A stretch of DNA of 64,000 nt from Oikopleura dioica (Eukaryota; Animalia; Chordata). The stretch lies in the NCBI GenBank assembly GCA_907165135.1, contig OU015566.1, positions 3,906,001 through 3,970,000 of the forward strand. Direction: 5' to 3'. Within the stretch, counting starts at the first letter, position 1. The number at the start of each line of letters is the position of its first letter. Positions 57,310-64,000 of this stretch are shown in pieces. The notes under the pieces are model-generated. The model did no database searches and had not been told where the DNA came from. It worked only from the letters and a program-made list of their open reading frames with translations. The position numbers were made by a program, and so were the translations under genes.

Positions 57310-59235
57310 TTAAACATAGCAAAAATTATCGGAACAGAAACTCGCGCATCTATTTGGATCGCTTTCAAAGATGATTGGACGGTAACAGAGCGTTTCTTGA
57401 GTTGAAATATTTTTCGAAGAAGTAACCGTAAGACCTGACCATTCAGCACGTTCAACAGCGAGACTATAATGACGCATCTTTTAAGTTTATTAATCACTTA
57501 CAGAAAATACGCCTGGTCTGGGACGGTCTTAATCAGCCAAAGCGTCCCAAACCAGGATTATTTTCGCTCTCGCCTCTGGCGCCACTTTCATATTAAAAAG
57601 CACCCCCAAGGCGTGCGCCTTTGATCTTTAAATGGCCCGACCGTCCCAAACCAGGCGTATTTTTGACCGTCCCAGACCAGGATTATTTTCTACCTTAATC
57701 GTCCATCAATAATAATGAAGTAAGAACCCGTAAATATCATTGACGGATAATGGTAAGTCTAAATATTTGATAATAATTTTTGAGATTTAATCAGAGTACA
57801 TTTAGTAATTGGCCAGCCGTAGTCCATTTGTTATTTTGTAAAAGAAAAACGTCTCTTATAAAACCAATTCCATCATTGTTGTCATTACTTGTTGTTCCAC
57901 CAGCTGTTATAATTCCATTACCGATAGAAACACAAGTGTGGGTACTCAATTTTCCGGCAGGATGAGATGGCTCATTCATCCATCCGCTTGTAGCGATAAT
58001 TAGTATTCATGATGATATAATTTACCTAACGGCCAAAGTCTCTACAGAACTTGTATCTTCTCCGGCGACCGCCGTCGCTTGTCCATCTAAGAGAACCAAG
58101 CAAGCAAATTTGTGTTGGATACTCGTATTTGGTAAAGATCGTGAAATATTCCCATCGAATGCCTCACATTTATTTGTGTATCCTTCACATATAACCACCT
58201 CATCATGCACCTCTTTCACGGTCACAAGTGATCCTCCTGTTGCATAAAACTTGTTGATAAGCCTTATTTGTGTCTCAACGAATTCACAGCCATCAATATA
58301 GGCGATCTTTATCAAAGTAAAGGGAACTAAGATTATTTTAAATTACCTTATAACCGTCATAATTCCCACCAAAAACGTAAATGCGCCCATTTAGTAGTGC
58401 ACTCGAAGATTTCCAAAGATAATCAATATTATTTTCGTTTGGAGGAGGGATCTTATAATAACGATTATCCTTGAAAAGCGCTTACAAGATATAATACACC
58501 GGAGATTCGGAGTCAAAATTTTGAAATTCAGAAATTTGATTTAAAAAAAACTTGAAGGGTTCTTAAATTAACTCAATACAATTTCAGCGCTCCCTTGAAA
58601 CTTCCTTCAGCGGATAAAGTATAGGAATATCCATTGCCATCGAACTGACACATAACACTTATATAAGGTTCACAAGAAAATTTTGTCTCACAAGGACATC
58701 CAAGCTCACATTGATCCATACAAGGACATTCATCTGATTCTTCAATGAACACTGAGAAACATTTTTCGAAGCAGCTTTTGTTTGCTGCGCATATCTTCAA
58801 GCAAGCACTTAATTCGTCAGATCTCTCGTCTAAGCATTGCTGATAGAATTTGTTGTTCGTCTGTGGTTCTTTGCAAGTGCAAATACTATGAGGACAATCG
58901 GTACATCCATCCGGGCAATTATCATAACAAGGACAATCGGCATAACATCCTGTATTTATTCCAAAATAGAATAATTCTTCTCTATAAAAATCTACCTGTA
59001 TATTCAATCAAACAAGTTCTCTCACAACTCGATTCACTACATGCATCTTTGCAAGCAATAAACTGAGCATAGCAGTGACCGTCACAGACTTGTCCTATAT
59101 TTTGATCGCTAAAATTTCACTTAAAAACCTGCGAAACCGAGATACTCACGGGCATTCCGCTGCAACCTGAACAGGCTTTATAGCTTGAACATTCGCTTCA
59201 GAAGCTGAAAATAAAAGTAAAAATATTCTCTTCAT
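57310..59235 (-). CDS. Secreted Cys-rich repeat + Kelch-like propeller protein (paralogue of 43930-46079)
   Basis: MKRIFLLLFSASEA signal; CYADCPCYDNCPDGCTDCPHSIC; CEAFDG...HKFACLVLLDGQATAVAG; HTCVSIGNGIITAGG; end AVERAEWSG...YRPIIFE...C*. Confidence 0.75.
57504..57690. mobile_element. Short palindromic MITE-like repeat in an intron
   Basis: AAAATACGCCTGGTCTGGGACGGTC versus GACCGTCCCAAACCAGGCGTATTTT, with additional CGTCCCA(A/G)ACCAGG copies. Confidence 0.7.
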
Positions 59236-60209
59236 CTCTTTTGAAAGAAGCAGAGAAACTCAATTTTATTCATTTTTTTCTGAGCTTTGTAAAGTTCAGT
59301 TGTATTTGCTTTCCCGTTGAAAATATCACCAAGCTCACATCCGTTAAAAAGTCCTGAAGACTTTGCATTGCTTGTTTTCTATGATTTTGTGCGTTTGTAT
59401 AAATCATACAAGTTGATTTTTTAATGGAAAACAACAACAAAATTTTCTACTGAAACAAGTTTAGTGTGACAGATGAAAGCGGTAGTCTGAGCTAATCCCT
59501 AACTCAAAACTCCACAATCGGCGGTTTCCCGATTTTCTCAAAAAATGAGGAAAAAGCGCTTTCAATTTCACACTGAACTAACCCGATTTCCGGCTCTAAC
59601 ATGGATAGGAATAGAGAACGTGAAAAAGTTCAATTTTATTATTTCTCTTATAAAAGAAAAAATCGCGTCGCTGGAAAAGCTGATTGAGCGATTTTTTCGA
59701 AAGGATTAGAAATTAAGAAAATTGAAGGAAATTTCGGAAGAAGCGGGTCGCCAATCGATACCCTCTAATCTCGTGGGACGAATGAAAAAGTTGAAATGAA
59801 GATGCGGAAGTGACTGTCAAAAAGTACCAGCTTTGAGGGGAAGGCGCTCCGACCACGGACGCTTATCATGACAGTAAGTACGCTCCTTCTTCGCCGAAGA
59901 TTATCCACTTGGAAGGATCATAATTCAGGATCAGAAATTTTGAGCGATAAAGTCTGTAATACAAAGTATTAGTTGACGAGCTTAGTTCAATTCTTTATTC
60001 TCGTATTTGAGGAAATCGTATGTTTTTGGCAGTTATGAATCCTAACTTATGATACAGTCAAAGGCAGATAAAAATAATCACAATGAAAATTATTCGTGAA
60101 AATGATAAAGTGCAGAGGAATGACAATCTAACCCGAACCCTAACCCTTATGTTAGACAGTCTAGTTCAGTCAGGTACAATTCGGTGGATCATAAAGAACT
60201 CAAATCTAT

Positions 60210-60500
60210 CTATACCGCTAAGAATCCACGGTTGCCATTTTCTTCATTGGTCGTCTCAAAAGCCTCTAGTTCGTTGCGCTCTCTGCTTTCTCCTCTGATT
60301 TCTTCGATTTCCTTCTTGATCTGCGCATTCTTCTTTTCTCTTCGTAAGTCCATTCGCTCTCTGAAAAGTTCTCGACGTCTTCGAGCTCTTCGCTGATTGC
60401 TGTAAATCAATGAGACGAGCATTTCAATGATGATGAAGTAGAAGATTCCAAATTGCCAGGGCTCAAGTGTTTCAACAAAAGCTTTGATTTTAGTGACCCC
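60210..60500 (-). CDS. Putative small single-pass membrane protein, terminal exon
   Basis: AFVETLEPWQFGIFYFIIIEMLVSLIYSNQRRARRRRELF...: a TM segment followed by a basic/charged coiled tail. Confidence 0.4.
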   Translation of the reverse strand, partial: GVTKIKAFVETLEPWQFGIFYFIIIEMLVSLIYSNQRRARRRRELFRERMDLRREKKNAQIKKEIEEIRGESRERNELEAFETTNEENGNRGFLAV

Positions 60501-60797
60501 CGTTTTGATATCACTGATGCATCGAGGAAGTAAAAATTCCCCTTGTTTTGAAATAAAAGTTTTGAAAGCATGACATCAGATTCGTAAACAAAGCGCCCTT
60601 AGCTGAACTGAAAAACATGATTAAAATGTTGAATAACGATGTCATCGTGACTGGGCCACAAGGAGTTTGATTTCTTTCCAACCGCAGCAACAAAATAAAC
60701 ATAAACAAGGACTGGACTCGCTGTGAAGATAAGCTCTTGGTGATTCGTCGAAAAATTTACATACACGTCAGACTTTACACGTATCTTATGATTAAGG

Positions 60798-61148
60798 TTT
60801 TTCGAGAATTTTCTCACGAAAAATTCATCGATTCAAAGTTTTTCGTCACGAATCGGGAAAAAAAATCGACAAATTTTGCGTTGGCGGCTTCTCGGTTCCT
60901 GATTGGCTGGATCGCAAAATACAGGCTTCTGATTGGTTGAAAATTTTCACGAAAAATTTGTCGAAATTTTTTGCCGATTCGTGTCGAAAATTTTGAATCG
61001 ATGAATTTTTCGTGAAAATTTTCAACCAATCAAAAGCCAGGATTTTGCGAAACAGCGAATCAGAAGCCGAGAAGCCGCCCACGCAAAATTTGTCGAATTT
61101 TTTTTTGCCGATTCGTGTCGAATATTTGAACCGATGAATTTCTCGAAA
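60798..61148. mobile_element. Head-to-head dimer of the CCAAT-containing MITE family
   Basis: Two inverted copies of the TCGACAAATTTTGCGT.GGCGGCT...CTGATTGG core with shared ATCGATGAATTT arms. Confidence 0.78.
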
Positions 61149-61269
61149 TCTACCCCTAATTCTTCTGCAAAGCGAAAAAAGAACTGTTCATAATTGTCTC
61201 TAAATTCATCGTTGATTGGAGGCCACGTCTGCGCCGGAACTCTCGACGCAAGTGTTTGTTCTGAAGGTC

Positions 61270-62300
61270 AACAAAGATTGCTGGGCACGCGTGACCCCAC
61301 CCCGTTAAACCTTTTCTCCTGCTTATCAACCCGCGCGCCCTTATCGTTTATTTTGAGCACCTTCTCTACCGCTTTTCTTTTTCTGACAAACGAAGATGTA
61401 ATTATGACACACTTTGACTTGAGCCTAAAAAGTTCAAATTCAAGAATAATTTTTTGCGTAAAAAGTTTTTCTGCCGCGCTTGATTACAAGCTGGGAAATC
61501 TTCGCACGAAATCGGCAATTTGCTTCTCGTCGGGATTCATTAAGATCGAGGCAAGTGGCAATTTCGCGCTCATCTCACCGCTAAAGCAACTCCCGTCAGA
61601 CTTCTGAATTTCAATGTTTTTGCGAAGGGACGGTACTGGAACCGTTAGACAAGTGCCACATTTGCAAGAGTGGGCTCCGGTTAGGGTTAGGTTTAATTTA
61701 AGAAAACCTGAGTCAGGGTCTGAAAGATCTCTACTGAAAGCCGCGTCGCGGTTTTTCTTGAATCAAAGCCGCGGAGCGGCTTCGAAAAATTCCATTCAAT
61801 TTGAAAATTTTGAAATAGCCGCATTGCGGCTTTGAGAAGATCTTTCAGAACCTGTAGTCTAGCCTAGACTGTCTACTAGACAGTGTCTAGTCTTCGAGAC
61901 CTGCGTAGAAAACATGAGTCATTATCTCAAAAATTTCTACTTTAAGCCGCAGAGCGGCTATTTTTCAACAAAGCCGCTGCGCGGCTTTTAGAATAGACTT
62001 TTGAGAACCTGACACAGGCTTTCTACACAGGTCGCCGAGCCTAGAAAACACCTTTTGAATTATTACTCATACCTTCACAGGAGCATATCCCCTTAGTACT
62101 GTAGTTTTTTTGAAGACGTAAAAATGGAAAAGTTCGAAAAAGCGCGTTAGAGATGTAGAGTTTTTTGATTATTTTAGAAAAGAATCTACTCACGTCAGTT
62201 TGCGACCGCAAACACGTGTTAGGAATGTGCTAATGCCAAAGTCGTAGTTAAACCTTTCGAAAGCCTCGATTCAGCGAATTTTGCGCGATATTTTCAGCCG
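61270..62300 (-). CDS. Tentative multi-exon Cys-cluster protein
   Basis: In-phase joins give ...FNYDFGISTFLTRVCGRKLT|TKGICSCE|AHSCKCGTCLTVPVPSLRKNIEIQKSDGSCFSGEMSAK...FPSL|KRKAVEK...NLC*. 5' end not found. Confidence 0.35.
61700..62032. mobile_element. Two adjacent copies of the CCTGAGTCAGGG-TIR MITE family
   Basis: 61700-61855 and 61899-62032 share the TIRs and AAGCCGC...GCGGCT hairpins of 51046-51269. Confidence 0.72.
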
Positions 62301-62629
62301 CGGTCGGGAAAAAAAATCGGCCGAGTAAGCAAAGACCAGAACCTGTCATAATTCTAAAATGCGCGATTGCGCGCTTATCATTGAAGGATTCAGGAAAAAC
62401 GAGATGGTAAATTGTTCTGTAAAATGATTTACGGTTGACGATGGTGACGGTTGAAAACGGAGATTTCTGTAATTCGAAAATGACGAAAAAATTACGTCGC
62501 CCGATTTTCCGGCTTCCGCTGTACTTGAAAATCATTTTTCTCTGAGGAAACCTAAAAAATCGCTCCGCTATGGATCAAATTTAAACAAAAATGCGTGAAA
62601 AGAACGATGATATCCGCCGATGTCTTTCA

Positions 62630-62970
62630 ATGTCAATAAAAAGTCTGTATACAAAAAGTAATGTCCATTTTCGTCTTCTGATGTTAATTGATGTCAAACA
62701 CTGCCTTAATGTTTCATAATGTCCAATGATGTCCTTTGATGCTCATAGATGTTTGCAGATGTGTGAAGATGTCTTCAGATGTCTTAAGATGTCTTCAGAT
62801 GATTTCAGATTTATTCAAATGTCTTCAAATTAATTCAGATGTCTTCAGATGACTTTAGATTTCTTAAAATGTCATCAAATGTCTTCAAATGTTTTCAAAT
62901 GTCTTTAAATGTCTTCAAATGTATTCAAATGTCTTCAAATGTCTTCAAATGTCTTCAGATGTCTTATGAT
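62630..62970. repeat. Minisatellite with a 10-nt unit (ATGTCTTCAA/G)
   Basis: Degenerate tandem repeat, most regular at 62870-62965. Confidence 0.88.
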
Positions 62971-64000
62971 GTTATATGAAACTAATTTTTGCCTGTGGAT
63001 CTTTTTTTAATCGAAAATGTCTTGTAATCTCTGCAGATGTCTGTAAGATTCTTAGATGTCTGTTAGTCTTTTTAGATTTAGTTGTAATTGGATTTAATAT
63101 AAGATCTCAGACAAAATATGATCTAATGAATCCGCGAAAAGGGCATTTTGAAAAAAAGATTATATGATGCCAAATCCTTATTCCGTTTATATAAAAACGT
63201 GATTTCGCGCGTTCTCTGCCTAATCCGACCTTTTCCCCGCTAAATACCGATATCCCCTTCGAGGACTGATTGCGCTACTTATCATCAAAACCGCCACTGT
63301 TGCGTAACCAAGAAAGAAATTCAAGAAAAAAAGGAAAAGCGCGATTATTTTTTCACACTTCTAAATCTCCAAGAAGCTTGTTTTTGCGAAAAAATGAAAC
63401 GAAAACAGGCCAAAGAAGGATTAAGCCATTAATTATTTCGGATAATTGACGGGACAACACTTTTCAATCCAAGTATTTCAGGGGCTCTCTCTCTGTCTTA
63501 GGTTTTTTAAAAAGTTTTTTTAGTCTAAGCAATACCCTTATCGTATACCTTACCCTTATTTATGGCTTACCCTATGTTAAGGTCCCTAACACTTATCTCC
63601 ACCTGTCTTATCTCAAATCAAAGGACATCTCCAAAGAGAAAAAGAGATTCTAGTTCAAGTACTGCTCTTGGCCTTGTCGATGTCTTTTCAAAACAAAAAA
63701 CTTGTAACGAGAAAACTCGCAATTTGCCCCTCAACGGCCTCTTAGAAACTCAATATCAAATCGACTTCCTAACCAGTAGCTGCGCGTTTTCTGGGTTTCG
63801 GAAATTTCGACTCAAAAACGTGGCGGACTCGTTGAACATGTCCGTTTTGAGCGGAAGACGTGGGAGATTTGAATAGATAGATTTTCAAGATTTTCAAGTC
63901 GCCTTCAGCTTATCAGTTTTTCGAGCGTTTGAGTCATCATTTTTTTGCCCGACAAAGACCTTGAAAGATAAACCCAAGCTTTTTCTCTTGTAGCGTTGTA

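Noticed and set aside
63560-64000. Gene at the window end
   Set aside because: Short open frames on both strands without recognisable homology; truncated by the window edge.

Overview
Eukaryotic genomic DNA, not prokaryotic. High gene density, many 35-70 nt introns, non-canonical GA-AG introns and a Tor-like LTR element suggest the appendicularian tunicate Oikopleura (inference). Bases 1-21.2 kb are a nested tandem duplication of PIPOX(+) / orphan gene X(+) / SARM1(-), with three rearrangement junctions, a young gag-only LTR retrotransposon and copy-specific MITE insertions. Downstream, in order: a candidate 51-aa microprotein, a candidate amidated neuropeptide precursor directly behind a monofunctional PHM with a His/Met-rich tail, a ZP-domain gene, a plastin with a duplicated EF-hand headpiece, a coiled-coil/Kelch-like gene, CDR2, FLVCR-like, HS3ST-like, a Cys-rich/Kelch/LU gene, SLC22-like, and a second Cys-rich/Kelch-like gene. 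Several MITE families and minisatellites are interspersed. The two most striking signals are a SARM1 whose TIR domain lacks the NADase catalytic Glu (E642 to W) and carries a roughly 700-aa C-terminal tail, and the adjacent PHM enzyme plus putative amidation-substrate gene pair. All gene models were spliced by eye and all alignments to human proteins are from memory; no searches were run.
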